In this document: in pieces, positions 18,652 to 27,667 of the stretch
Numbering within the stretch: position 1 is the first letter of the stretch
Layout: each line of letters starts with the position of its first letter
Origin: Thermoanaerobaculia bacterium
GTDB taxonomy: Bacteria > Acidobacteriota > Thermoanaerobaculia > UBA5066 > Gp7-AA6
NCBI GenBank assembly: GCA_036406835.1
Contig: DASXAG010000089.1
Coordinates: 478 to 64,477 of the forward strand
Reading direction: 5' to 3'
DNA length: 64,000 bases
Notes under the pieces: model-generated
Databases searched by the model: none
What the model was told of the DNA's origin: nothing
Seen by the model: only the letters and a program-made list of their open reading frames with translations
Program-made: the position numbers and the translations under genes

Positions 18652-19393
18652 GAACTCCGAGATCGGTCCGCACCCGGCGAAGACGGACCTGCAGGCGGCG
18701 ATGGTGGATCCGGCGAACTACGGATCGGCCTACTTCGCGCACCGGCAGAAGAACGACCCGGTCCGCCTCGCCACGTTCGCGATCGAGAAGCGCCTCCTCG
18801 AGCGGCACATGGACCCGAAGGCGTTCCTGAAGGGCCGCGTGATGGACGTGGGCTGCTCGACCGGGGAGTTCCTCGAGACGATCGGCTGGGATTTGTCGCA
18901 GGCGTGGGGCATGGAAGTCTCCGAGTTCGCGCGCCAGCGCGCGCAGGCCGCCGGAATCTCGTTCACGAAGACGCTCTCCGAGGAGGAGGACTTCTTCGAC
19001 CTGGTCGTCTTCCGCGGCACGATCCAGTACCTGCCGAACCCGTTCGAGGCCCTCTACGCGGCGTACCGCGCGCTGAAGCCGGGCGGCTTGCTGTTCCTCC
19101 TCGCGCCCAACACGAACTCCCCGTACTACCGCGCGTTCGGGACGCTGCCCTATCTCGAGGAGCCCCTGCACTTCTGGATCCCGAGCGACGCGTCGCTGCG
19201 GATGGTGCTGCGCAACGGCGGCTTCCAGAAGATCGAGATCACGTTTCCGTACCTGGGATCGCCCTACGCGCATCCCGTGCGCGACCACGTGAAGTTCCTC
19301 GTGAAGCGTCTCTTCCGAACGCGGCACAAGTTCGCGTTCTGGCGAAACAGCATGTACGTGTTCGCCGAGAAGCCGCGCGGGGCGGCCCACTGA
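18641..19393 (+). CDS. Class I SAM-dependent methyltransferase
   Basis: Motif I is VMDVGCSTGEF. A post-I acidic residue, the LKPGGLLFL motif II and ~250 aa length fit this class. The start may be the ATG at 18701. Confidence 0.7.
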   Translation: MGSRNSEIGPHPAKTDLQAAMVDPANYGSAYFAHRQKNDPVRLATFAIEKRLLERHMDPKAFLKGRVMDVGCSTGEFLETIGWDLSQAWGMEVSEFARQRAQAAGISFTKTLSEEEDFFDLVVFRGTIQYLPNPFEALYAAYRALKPGGLLFLLAPNTNSPYYRAFGTLPYLEEPLHFWIPSDASLRMVLRNGGFQKIEITFPYLGSPYAHPVRDHVKFLVKRLFRTRHKFAFWRNSMYVFAEKPRGAAH

Positions 19394-20160
19394 TGCCGCG
19401 CACGGTCGCCATCATCCAGGCGCGCGTCGGCTCGCGCAGGCTCCCGGGAAAGGTCCTGGCGCCGATCGGCGGCCGCTCGATGCTCGAGCGCGTCGTCGAG
19501 CGCGTCCTCTCCGCCGCGCGCCTGGACGGCGCCGTCGTCGCCACCTCGGAGGACCCGCGCGACGACGCCGTCGAGGCCATCTGCCGGCGGCGGGGGTTCG
19601 CGTGCTTCCGCGGGAGCGAGTCGGACGTGCTGTCCCGCTACGTCGGCGCCGCCACGCTCCACGAGGCCGACCCGATCGTGCGGATCACCGCGGACTGCCC
19701 GCTGATCGATCCGGAGGTGATCGACCGGGTCGTGGACGCCTTCCGGGGGAAGGGCCTTCCCTGCGACTACGCCTCCAACATCAACCCGCCGACGTTCCCG
19801 CACGGGCTCGACACCGAGATCCTCTCGGCCGAGACGCTGCGCCGCGCCGACCGCGAGGCGCGCTGGCAGTCGGAGCGCGAGCACGTGACGCTGTACGTCC
19901 GCAACCACCCCGAGCGCTTCCGCAGCGTCAACGTGACCCACGCGCCGGACCTCTCCGGACGGCGCTGGGTCGTCGACGAGGCCACGGACCTCGAGTTCGT
20001 CCGCGCGGTCTACGAGCGGATGGGGGATCGGCCCTTCGGCATGGCCGACGTCCTCGCACTGCTCCAGCGCGAGCCGGAGCTCGCCTCGCTGAACGCGGGA
20101 ATCGTTCGGGACGAGGGACTCAAGAAGTCGCTGGCCGAGGACCAGCTGGTGAGGCCATGA
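19393..20160 (+). CDS. Cytidylyltransferase, SpsF / acylneuraminate-cytidylyltransferase-like (CTP_transf_3 family)
   Basis: N-terminal AIIQARVGSRRLPGKVL nucleotide-binding motif. 255 aa. TGATG overlap. Confidence 0.75.
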   Translation: MPRTVAIIQARVGSRRLPGKVLAPIGGRSMLERVVERVLSAARLDGAVVATSEDPRDDAVEAICRRRGFACFRGSESDVLSRYVGAATLHEADPIVRITADCPLIDPEVIDRVVDAFRGKGLPCDYASNINPPTFPHGLDTEILSAETLRRADREARWQSEREHVTLYVRNHPERFRSVNVTHAPDLSGRRWVVDEATDLEFVRAVYERMGDRPFGMADVLALLQREPELASLNAGIVRDEGLKKSLAEDQLVRP

Positions 20161-21233
20161 CCTCCCTCGGATCACTCCTGCAGGGATCGTTGCTCGTCCG
20201 CGTCGAGGCGGACGCGAAGGGCGGCACGGGCCATGCCATGCGCTGCCTCGCGCTCGCCCAGGCGTGGCAGGACGCGGGAGGCGGCCCGGTCCGCTTCCTG
20301 ATGACGCGCTGCGGGACGGGGCTGTCGGAGCGCCTGCGGCGCGAGGGGATCGTCGGCGAGATCCTCGAGGCGGTTCCGGGAACCGAGTCCGACGCGGCGC
20401 GGACGCTCGAGCGGGCGCACGCCGGGCACGCCTCGTGGGTCGTGGTCGACGGGTACTGGGCCGGCGCGGCCTACGTGAAGAGCCTGCGCGCGACGCCCGG
20501 TCGCGGGCCCGCGATTCTCGCCGTCGACGACCTGGGCGAGGCGGGGCCCTACGCGGCCGACCTCGTCCTCAACCAGAACCTGTACGCGGAGCCGGAAATG
20601 TACGCGGACCGTTCGCCGCACACCGAGCTCCTGCTCGGCGCGGACTTCGCGCTGCTCAGGCGGGAGTTCGCGGCGTATCGGGGATTCCCGCGCACGATCC
20701 CGGAGGAGGCGCGGCACATCCTCGTGACTCTCGGGGGGAGCGACCCCGCGAACCGGACGCAGCTCGTCCTTCGTGCGCTGCGCGGCTTGGCCGCCTCGCG
20801 CGAGATCCGCGTGCTGATCGGGCCCGAGAATCCCCGCGAGGACTCGCTCCGCGCCGAGGCCGCCGCGGCGGGCCTCGCCGGGAGCCTGCTCACCGGCGTC
20901 GAGGACGTCCCGGGACTCCTCGCGTGGAGCGACCTGGCGGTGACGGCGGCGGGCAGCACGTGCTGGGAGCTCGCGTTCCTCGGCGTCCCGGCGCTCACCA
21001 TCGCCGTGGCGGACAACCAGAGGCCGATCGCCGAGAGCCTGTCGAACGCCGGAGTCGCGCGCGACCTGGGGTGGCACGAGGACGTGGACGAGTCCGCCGT
21101 GGCACGCGCCGTCGCCGAGCTGTCGGGCGACCGGGCCGCGCGCGCCCGCATGGCGGAGGCGGGACGGAGACTCGTGGACGGACGGGGCGCCGAGCGGGTG
21201 GTCCGCCGGCTCGCGACGGCGAAGGCGGCCTGA
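20157..21233 (+). CDS. pseG: UDP-2,4-diacetamido-2,4,6-trideoxy-beta-L-altropyranose hydrolase, PseG-like (GT28 C-terminal-like fold)
   Basis: GGTGHAMRCLALA N-terminus, HILVTLGGSDP and the AAGSTCWELAFLGVPAL C-terminal motif match PseG/SpsG architecture. ATGA overlap. Confidence 0.75.
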   Translation: MTSLGSLLQGSLLVRVEADAKGGTGHAMRCLALAQAWQDAGGGPVRFLMTRCGTGLSERLRREGIVGEILEAVPGTESDAARTLERAHAGHASWVVVDGYWAGAAYVKSLRATPGRGPAILAVDDLGEAGPYAADLVLNQNLYAEPEMYADRSPHTELLLGADFALLRREFAAYRGFPRTIPEEARHILVTLGGSDPANRTQLVLRALRGLAASREIRVLIGPENPREDSLRAEAAAAGLAGSLLTGVEDVPGLLAWSDLAVTAAGSTCWELAFLGVPALTIAVADNQRPIAESLSNAGVARDLGWHEDVDESAVARAVAELSGDRAARARMAEAGRRLVDGRGAERVVRRLATAKAA

Positions 21234-21240
21234 GGAAACG

Positions 21241-21993
21241 ATGCGCGTCGTCCTCTTCGCCAACAACCGGCTGGGCGCGATGGCCGCCGAGTTCCTGCGC
21301 GCGCGCGGCGACGAGATCGTCGGGCTCGTGCTGCACCCGGCGGAGCGCCGCAAGTGCGGCGACGAGATCCTCCAGGCGAGCGGGGTGCGCCCGGGCGAGG
21401 AGCTCGACGGGTCGCGGCTCGACGGCGAGGACGTCCGCGCGGCGCTCGCGGCCCGCGGCGCGGAGGCGGGCGTCTCGGTGATGTTCGGCTACATGCTGCG
21501 TCCGCCGATCCGGACCCTGTTCCCGCGGGAGTGCGTCAACCTGCACCCGGCGTACCTGCCGTGGAACCGCGGCGCGTATCCCAACGTGTGGAGCATCGTC
21601 GAGCGCACGCCGGCGGGGACGACGCTCCACTACGTCGACGACGGCGTCGACACGGGAGACATCATCGCGCAGCGGCGCGTCGCGGTGGCTCCCGACGACA
21701 CCGGCGAGACGCTCTACCGCAAGCTCGAGGCCGCGAGCTTCGAGCTGTTCCGGGAGACGTGGCCGCTCTTCGCCGAGGGCCGCGCGGGGCGGACGCCGCA
21801 GTCGGGCGAGGGCAGCTACCACCGGGTGAAGGACGTCGAGGCGATCGACGCGATCGACCCCGCGCGCGCCTACGCGGCGGGCGAGCTGGTCGACATCCTG
21901 AGGGCGCGCACGTTCCCGCCGCACGCGGGGGCCTACCTGCAGGACGGCGACCGGAGGATCCACGTCCGCGTCGAGCTCGAGGAGGCGAAGTGA
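21241..21993 (+). CDS. Formyltransferase (Fmt/PurN N-terminal-domain family), probable sugar N-formyltransferase
   Basis: HPAYLPWNRGAYP corresponds to the HPSLLP.YRG catalytic motif. The domain is ~250 aa and is not followed by a tRNA-binding domain. Confidence 0.75.
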   Translation: MRVVLFANNRLGAMAAEFLRARGDEIVGLVLHPAERRKCGDEILQASGVRPGEELDGSRLDGEDVRAALAARGAEAGVSVMFGYMLRPPIRTLFPRECVNLHPAYLPWNRGAYPNVWSIVERTPAGTTLHYVDDGVDTGDIIAQRRVAVAPDDTGETLYRKLEAASFELFRETWPLFAEGRAGRTPQSGEGSYHRVKDVEAIDAIDPARAYAAGELVDILRARTFPPHAGAYLQDGDRRIHVRVELEEAK

Positions 21994-24161
21994 GCGCGAG
22001 CCGCGTGCCGGCGGGGGCGGGCTCCGAGTTCGACTACGGCCGGGCCGACCTCCTCGCGGGCCTGCGAGCGGTCGGGATCGGCGCCGGCGACACCGTGTTC
22101 GTGCACGCGTGCGCCGAGACGCTGGGCCGGCCCGAGGGCGTCTCGGACGAGGCCGGCCTCGCGGCGCTCCTCTACGACGCCGTGCGCGAGGCGGTCGGAA
22201 GCGCGGGGACGATCCTCGTCCCGACGTTCACGTTCTCCTTCTGCCGGCAGGAGGTCTTCGACGTCGCCCGATCGCCGGCGATCCGCGGTCTCTGGAACAC
22301 CTTCCCGGCGTTCCCCGAGTACGTGCGCGCGCTGCCGGGCGCGATCCGCTCGCGCGATCCGATCTTCTCCGTCGCCGGCGTCGGGCCGCGCGCCGCCGGG
22401 CTGCTCTCCGCGCTGCCGCCGGTGTGCCTGGGCGACGACAGCGTGTTCGATCGCCTGCGGAAGGCGGGCGGAAAGATCTGCCTCTTCGGTGTCGGGCTGT
22501 ACGAGGCCACGTTCCGCCACTACGTCGAGTCGGCGTGCCGTGTGCCCTGGAGGTTCGACAAGCTCTTCACCGGCCGCATCCGCGAGAACGGCGAGGAGCG
22601 CAAGGAGGGCTGGCTCTACAACGTGCGGATCGCGTCGCCCGAGGCGGACCCCGCCGGCGACGCGCTCGAGAGGCTCGCGCAGGAGCGCGGCGTGCGGCGT
22701 TCCGCGGCCGTGGGCCGCGACGCCATCGTGGCGGCCGACGCCCAGGCGTTCTACGCGCTGACGGCCGACGCGCTCGCGCGCGACCCCTGGTTCTCCGCGC
22801 GCGGCCCCGCCTCGGACCCGCTGGCGCTGGAGGACGCGCGGACCGGCGGCCGCGCCGAGGCGGCGCCTCTGCCCGCCGACGCGACGATGGGCCAGATCAT
22901 CGACGGGCTGTGGCGGCTGCCGCGCGACATCGTCTCGAAGGGATTCGACGAGGCGATGCTCGCGCTCGCGAAGCAAGTGCCGATGACCGTCCACGAGTAC
23001 CCGACGGGCGCCGAGTGCTGGACCTGGATCCTGCCCGAGAGGTGGTCGTGCCAGGAGGCGTACCTCGAGACGCTCGACGGCAAACGCCTCTTCTCCTACG
23101 CGGACCATCCGCTCCACGTCGTGTCGTATTCGCTGCCGTACGAGGGGGTCGTGTCCCGGGAGGAGCTGCTCCGTCACCTCCACGTCCATCCGCGGATTCC
23201 CGAGGCGATTCCGTTCATCTTCAAGTACTACGACCGCGACTGGGGCCTCTGCTGCTCGCGCGTGCAGCGCGACGCCCTGACCGACGAGAAGTACCGCGTC
23301 GTGATCCGGAGCGCGTTCAGCTACGGCACGCTCAAGGTGGGGGAGATCGTCATCCCGGGGCGGACCGACGAGACGATCGTCCTCGCCTCGCACCTGTGCC
23401 ACCCGACGATGGTCAACGACGACCTGACCGGGGTCGCGATCGCGATCGACGTGGCCCGCGCGCTCCGCAAGCGCCGGGACCTCCGCTACACGTACCGCAT
23501 CCTCATCGTGCCGGAGACGGTCGGGACCGTCGCGTACCTCGCCCACCACGAGCACGTCATCCCGAAGATGCGGGGCGGCCTCTTCCTCGAGATGCTCGGC
23601 AAGGATCATCCGCACTCGCTGCAGAGCTCTCTCTTCGGCGGCACCGCGATCGACCACTGCTTCGAGGAGGCCCTCCGCGAGCGCGACCCGGAGGCGTGGG
23701 TCGGCGCCTACCGGAAGGTCATCGGCAACGACGAGAAGCAGTTCAACGCGCCCGGCGTCCGCGTGCCGTTCCTCTCGCTGTCGCGCGTCCTTCCGATGGA
23801 CCACCCGGATCACCCGTACCGCGAGTACCACTCGAACCACGACAATCCCTCGATCCTGTCGCTCGCGAAGCTCGAGGCCTCGCGCGACCTGGTGCTGCGC
23901 ATGCTCGAGATCCTGGAGCAGAACCGCACCCCGCGGAACCGCTACCGCGGCGAGGTCTTCTGCTCCCGCTACGGCATCCACCGCGACTGGTACAAGGACC
24001 GCGAGGGCCACCGCGCGCTCTTCGCGACGATGGAGCGCGTCGACGGCACGCGCTCGATCGTGCAGATCGCGCGGGAGGCCGGCATTCCGTTCCGCGAGGC
24101 GTACCGCACGGTCGCGGAGATGGCGAGCCACGGGCTCGTCGACTGGGGCGAGGACGGATGA
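21990..24161 (+). CDS. Two-domain protein: N-terminal AAC(3)-type (Antibiotic_NAT-like) acetyltransferase domain fused to a C-terminal M28/aminopeptidase-like (DUF4910-like) domain
   Basis: The GTG start overlaps the formyltransferase stop (GTGA). N-terminal ADLLAGLRAVGIGAGDTVFVHACAETLGRPEG...GTILVPTFTFSF resembles aminoglycoside 3-N-acetyltransferase folds. The C-terminal half carries His/Asp clusters (ASHLCHPTMVNDDLTG, HHEH, HPDHPYREYHSNHD) like dinuclear-metal peptidase folds. 723 aa. Confidence 0.6.
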   Translation: MSASRVPAGAGSEFDYGRADLLAGLRAVGIGAGDTVFVHACAETLGRPEGVSDEAGLAALLYDAVREAVGSAGTILVPTFTFSFCRQEVFDVARSPAIRGLWNTFPAFPEYVRALPGAIRSRDPIFSVAGVGPRAAGLLSALPPVCLGDDSVFDRLRKAGGKICLFGVGLYEATFRHYVESACRVPWRFDKLFTGRIRENGEERKEGWLYNVRIASPEADPAGDALERLAQERGVRRSAAVGRDAIVAADAQAFYALTADALARDPWFSARGPASDPLALEDARTGGRAEAAPLPADATMGQIIDGLWRLPRDIVSKGFDEAMLALAKQVPMTVHEYPTGAECWTWILPERWSCQEAYLETLDGKRLFSYADHPLHVVSYSLPYEGVVSREELLRHLHVHPRIPEAIPFIFKYYDRDWGLCCSRVQRDALTDEKYRVVIRSAFSYGTLKVGEIVIPGRTDETIVLASHLCHPTMVNDDLTGVAIAIDVARALRKRRDLRYTYRILIVPETVGTVAYLAHHEHVIPKMRGGLFLEMLGKDHPHSLQSSLFGGTAIDHCFEEALRERDPEAWVGAYRKVIGNDEKQFNAPGVRVPFLSLSRVLPMDHPDHPYREYHSNHDNPSILSLAKLEASRDLVLRMLEILEQNRTPRNRYRGEVFCSRYGIHRDWYKDREGHRALFATMERVDGTRSIVQIAREAGIPFREAYRTVAEMASHGLVDWGEDG

Positions 24162-26563
24162 GCGCGACGACGACCACGCTCGCCGCCACGCCGCGCCGCC
24201 TCTGGCTCGTCTACGGGGCGGCAGCCTTGCTCTGCTTCCCCGTGCTCGAGATCCTGATCTCCGGGACGCACGCGCGCGTCTACGCCCACGACGTCTTCGA
24301 CGACGGGGCCGTCTCGCGGCTCGGGGCGCTGCGGCTCGACACGGCGGCCTTCGGTCCCGTCCTCTGGAACCGCCACCTGATGTCCGGCAACGCCTACTTC
24401 GGCCAGTTCAACGCCAGTCCCCTCGCCGTGGACAACCTCGTCTCGCTCCTGACGACGCCGTTCGTCGCGTACGCCGTGTGCAGCGGACTGCTGTGCTTCC
24501 TGGCGGGTCTCTCCCTGCACCTCTTCCTCGAGCAGTCGGTCCGCCTGCCGCGGCACGCCGCGCTCGCCGGGGGGCTCGTCTACGGACTGGCCTACTGGCA
24601 CTACGGCTTCGGGTTCTCGGCCGCGCTCCTGCCGCTGACCCTCTGGATCGGGGACCGCGTCGAGGCGTGGCCCGGCGGGCCGCTCCGCCGGATCGCGCCC
24701 GTCGCCGCGTGCGGCGCCTTCCTGCTCTACGACTTCAGTCCCCAGCCCGCGGTGCTGACCGCCGGACTCGGGGCCGCCTACGCGCTCGTCGTCGCCACCA
24801 CGAAGGCGGAGCGCCGCTCGCGGCTCCTGACCTGGGCGGGAGGCTGGGCCCTGGCGCTCGCGCTCTACGCGCCGGTGCTCCTCACGCTCCTGCGGCTGCT
24901 GCCGGACTCGGAGCGCTCGATCCGCAACAACCTGGCCTGGATTCCCGACGCCGCCACCGCGCTGCGTCTCTGGCCGCAGTACTACGCCGAGGCGATCGCG
25001 GGGCGGCCCACCGTGACGGCGCTCGGCGCGCGCCTGCGGGAGGCGCAGACCGGGACCTGGTACGTCGGCTTCCTGGGGATCGGCCTGCTCGCGCTGTCGG
25101 TCGGGCGGCCGCGGGTCTCCCGGCGCGAGCGCGCGATCGTCGGGCTGCTCGCCGTCCTGCCGCTCGTCGACCTCGCGTCGATGCTCCTGGTCCCTTACCA
25201 GAAGCACCTCGGCCTGCTGCGGAGCTTCGAGCTCGACCGCATCCGCCTGTTCGTCCCCTTCGCGATGGCGGCGAACGTCGGCGTGGCGGTGGCCGCTCTG
25301 GGACGCGCGAGGCCGGAACGCGGGAGGTCGCCGCGCACGGCCGCGTGCGTCGCGGCGCTCGCGCTCTTCCTCCTGGGTCTCGCGGCGTGCGCCCGCGTGG
25401 CCGCGTACGTCCTCCGGCGCGGCGGCGTCTGGCCGTCCAGCCCGGCGGGACGCGAGCGGATCGCGGGATGGGCGCTGGCGACGCTGTACTTCGGCATCGC
25501 CGCGCTCGCCGGCGTCGTGGTTCTCCGGAGGCGCCAGCGGCCCGCGGGCGGAGACGGCGAGGACCTCTTCCGCTCCCGCGCCTTCGCCGCCGCGCTCCTC
25601 GCCGCCCTGGCGATCGAGCGCCTCGCCGCGTCGAGGATCGAGCGGTGGATCGAGCCCGAGGCGGAGGCCTCCTTCGACGACGTGCTCGGACAGACGCCGG
25701 CGATCCGGTTCCTCGAGAGCCAGCCGAACACGGAGGGCCAGCGCGTGATGCTCCTCGGCGATCACTCGCGGAGCAACCGGCGGGACCACGCGAACCGCCT
25801 CATGTTCCGCGGGCTCCTCGCCGCCGACGGCTATCAGAACGTCTATCCGCTGCGTTATCACGATCTCTTCGGGCTCCTGATCCGGCCGCACCTCGATCGG
25901 GACGCCTCGCGGCGGACGTACTTCGAGAACTGGGGGCAGCGCGCGTACGCCTGGGGGCCCGAGCTCAACACCGACCTCGCGAGCCTGATGGGAGTCCGCT
26001 GGCTCCTCGTGCACGACGCGCCCTTCGCGGATCCTCGCTGGCGGCTCGTGTTCGAGAGCGGCAACGAGCGCGTCTTCGAGAACCCGGACGTGCTGCCGCG
26101 CGGGTTCGTGGCGGAGCGGGAGGAGCGCTATCCGACGCGGGCGGCCGAGCTCGCCGCGCTCGGCGCGGCCCCGCTCGAGCGGCTGCGCCGCACCGCGTTC
26201 CTCGAGGGAGAAGGGGAGACGAAGGCGGGCGAGGCCCCCGCCGCCACCGCGACGAAGACCCTCGACACGCCCGACCGCCTCTCGTTCCGGGTCGACGCGG
26301 CCGCTCCCGCCGTCTTCGTGCTGACCGACGCGTTCGTTCCGGGCTGGACGGCCTTCGTCGACGGCTCGGCGGCGCCCCTCTTCCCGGTGGACGTCGCGTT
26401 CCGCGGCGTCGCCGTTCCGGCCGGACGCAGCGAGGTCTCCTTCCGGTACGTCCCCGGGTCCACGCGCGCCGGGTTCGCGACGGCGGCCGCCGCGGCGGTC
26501 GTCCTGGCCGCCCTGTCCGTCGCGGCGGCGCGGCGGGCGAGGCCGAGGGCGGGATTCCGATGA
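24158..26563 (+). CDS. YfhO-family polytopic membrane glycosyltransferase-like protein (GT-C fold)
   Basis: 801 aa with more than 12 TM helices, then a C-terminal soluble region. Conserved YfhO-type ending ...VLTDAFVPGWTAFVDGSAAPLFPVDVAFRGVAVPAGRSEVSFRYVP. ATGA overlaps on both sides. Confidence 0.65.
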   Translation: MSATTTTLAATPRRLWLVYGAAALLCFPVLEILISGTHARVYAHDVFDDGAVSRLGALRLDTAAFGPVLWNRHLMSGNAYFGQFNASPLAVDNLVSLLTTPFVAYAVCSGLLCFLAGLSLHLFLEQSVRLPRHAALAGGLVYGLAYWHYGFGFSAALLPLTLWIGDRVEAWPGGPLRRIAPVAACGAFLLYDFSPQPAVLTAGLGAAYALVVATTKAERRSRLLTWAGGWALALALYAPVLLTLLRLLPDSERSIRNNLAWIPDAATALRLWPQYYAEAIAGRPTVTALGARLREAQTGTWYVGFLGIGLLALSVGRPRVSRRERAIVGLLAVLPLVDLASMLLVPYQKHLGLLRSFELDRIRLFVPFAMAANVGVAVAALGRARPERGRSPRTAACVAALALFLLGLAACARVAAYVLRRGGVWPSSPAGRERIAGWALATLYFGIAALAGVVVLRRRQRPAGGDGEDLFRSRAFAAALLAALAIERLAASRIERWIEPEAEASFDDVLGQTPAIRFLESQPNTEGQRVMLLGDHSRSNRRDHANRLMFRGLLAADGYQNVYPLRYHDLFGLLIRPHLDRDASRRTYFENWGQRAYAWGPELNTDLASLMGVRWLLVHDAPFADPRWRLVFESGNERVFENPDVLPRGFVAEREERYPTRAAELAALGAAPLERLRRTAFLEGEGETKAGEAPAATATKTLDTPDRLSFRVDAAAPAVFVLTDAFVPGWTAFVDGSAAPLFPVDVAFRGVAVPAGRSEVSFRYVPGSTRAGFATAAAAAVVLAALSVAAARRARPRAGFR

Positions 26564-27636
26564 CGCCCGCACCCGGGTTCCTCACCATCAACGGCCGCCG
26601 CATCGGCCCCGGCGAGCCGATGTACGTCATCGCCGAGATGTCGGCGAACCACCACCAGAGCCTGGACGAGGCGCTGGCGATCCTGCGCGAGGCGAAGGCC
26701 GCTGGCGCGGACGCCGTCAAGCTCCAGACCTACACGCCCGACACGCTCACGATCGACTCCGACGCGGCGCCGTTTCGCATCGGGAAGGGAACGCTCTGGG
26801 AAGGCCGGCGCCTCTACGAGCTGTACGGCGAGGCGTGCATGCCGTGGGAGTGGCACGAGCCGCTTCAGAGGCGCGCCGCCGAAGTGGGGATCGACCTCTT
26901 CTCGACCGCCTACGACGCGACCGCCGTGGACTATCTCGAGAAACTGAGCATGCCGGCCTACAAGGTCGCCTCGTTCGAGGCCGTGGACCTGCGCCTCATC
27001 CAGCGGATCGCGAAGACGGGGAGGCCCGTGATCCTCTCGACGGGCATGGCGAGTCTCGAGGAGATCGGGGAGGCGGTCGCCGCGGCGCGCGCGGCGAACG
27101 TCCGGGAGCTCGCTCTGTTGAAGTGCACGAGCGCCTACCCGTCGCCCCCCGAGGAGATGAACCTGCGCTCGATCCCGCACCTCGCCGAGACCTTCGGCGT
27201 GCCGGTGGGGCTGTCGGACCACACCCTCGGAGGCACGGTTCCCGTGGCCGCGGTGGCCCTGGGCTGCTGCATCCTCGAGAAGCACTTCACCCGCTCCCGC
27301 GGCGTGGCGGGTCCGGACAGCGCGTTCTCGATGGAGCCCGCCGAGTTCAAGGAGATGGTCGACGCGATCCGCGTCGCCGAGAAGGCCCAGGGCTCCGTGA
27401 GCTACGGCGTGGGGGAGCGCGAGGCGGCGAGCCGCGTCTTCCGCCGCTCGCTCTTCGTCGTGGCGGACATGAAGGCGGGCGACCGCTTCACCGAGCAGAA
27501 TCTGCGCTCGATCCGGCCGGGCTACGGGCTCGCCCCCAAGCACATCGACGCGATCCTGGGGCGTCGCGCCGCGAGGGACATCCCCCGCGGGACGCCGCTC
27601 GCCTGGGAGCTCGTGGAAGAGTCGTCCGCGCGGTGA
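26560..27636 (+). CDS. pseI: Pseudaminic acid synthase, PseI-like (NeuB family with C-terminal SAF domain)
   Basis: INGRRIGPGEPMYVIAEMSANHHQSLD..A..I..A...GADAVKLQTY and the GLSDHT and AFSMEP motifs are present. 358 aa. Confidence 0.85.
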   Translation: MTPAPGFLTINGRRIGPGEPMYVIAEMSANHHQSLDEALAILREAKAAGADAVKLQTYTPDTLTIDSDAAPFRIGKGTLWEGRRLYELYGEACMPWEWHEPLQRRAAEVGIDLFSTAYDATAVDYLEKLSMPAYKVASFEAVDLRLIQRIAKTGRPVILSTGMASLEEIGEAVAAARAANVRELALLKCTSAYPSPPEEMNLRSIPHLAETFGVPVGLSDHTLGGTVPVAAVALGCCILEKHFTRSRGVAGPDSAFSMEPAEFKEMVDAIRVAEKAQGSVSYGVGEREAASRVFRRSLFVVADMKAGDRFTEQNLRSIRPGYGLAPKHIDAILGRRAARDIPRGTPLAWELVEESSAR

Positions 27637-27667
27637 GAGTGGGATCCTGAGAAAGGGAGAGATCGGA

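Noticed and set aside
23969-26572. 867-aa minus-strand ORF opposite the YfhO-like gene
   Set aside because: Extreme Arg/Gly/Glu/Pro composition (REPGARGPGD...). It is the mirror-frame artefact of the GC-rich YfhO-like gene.
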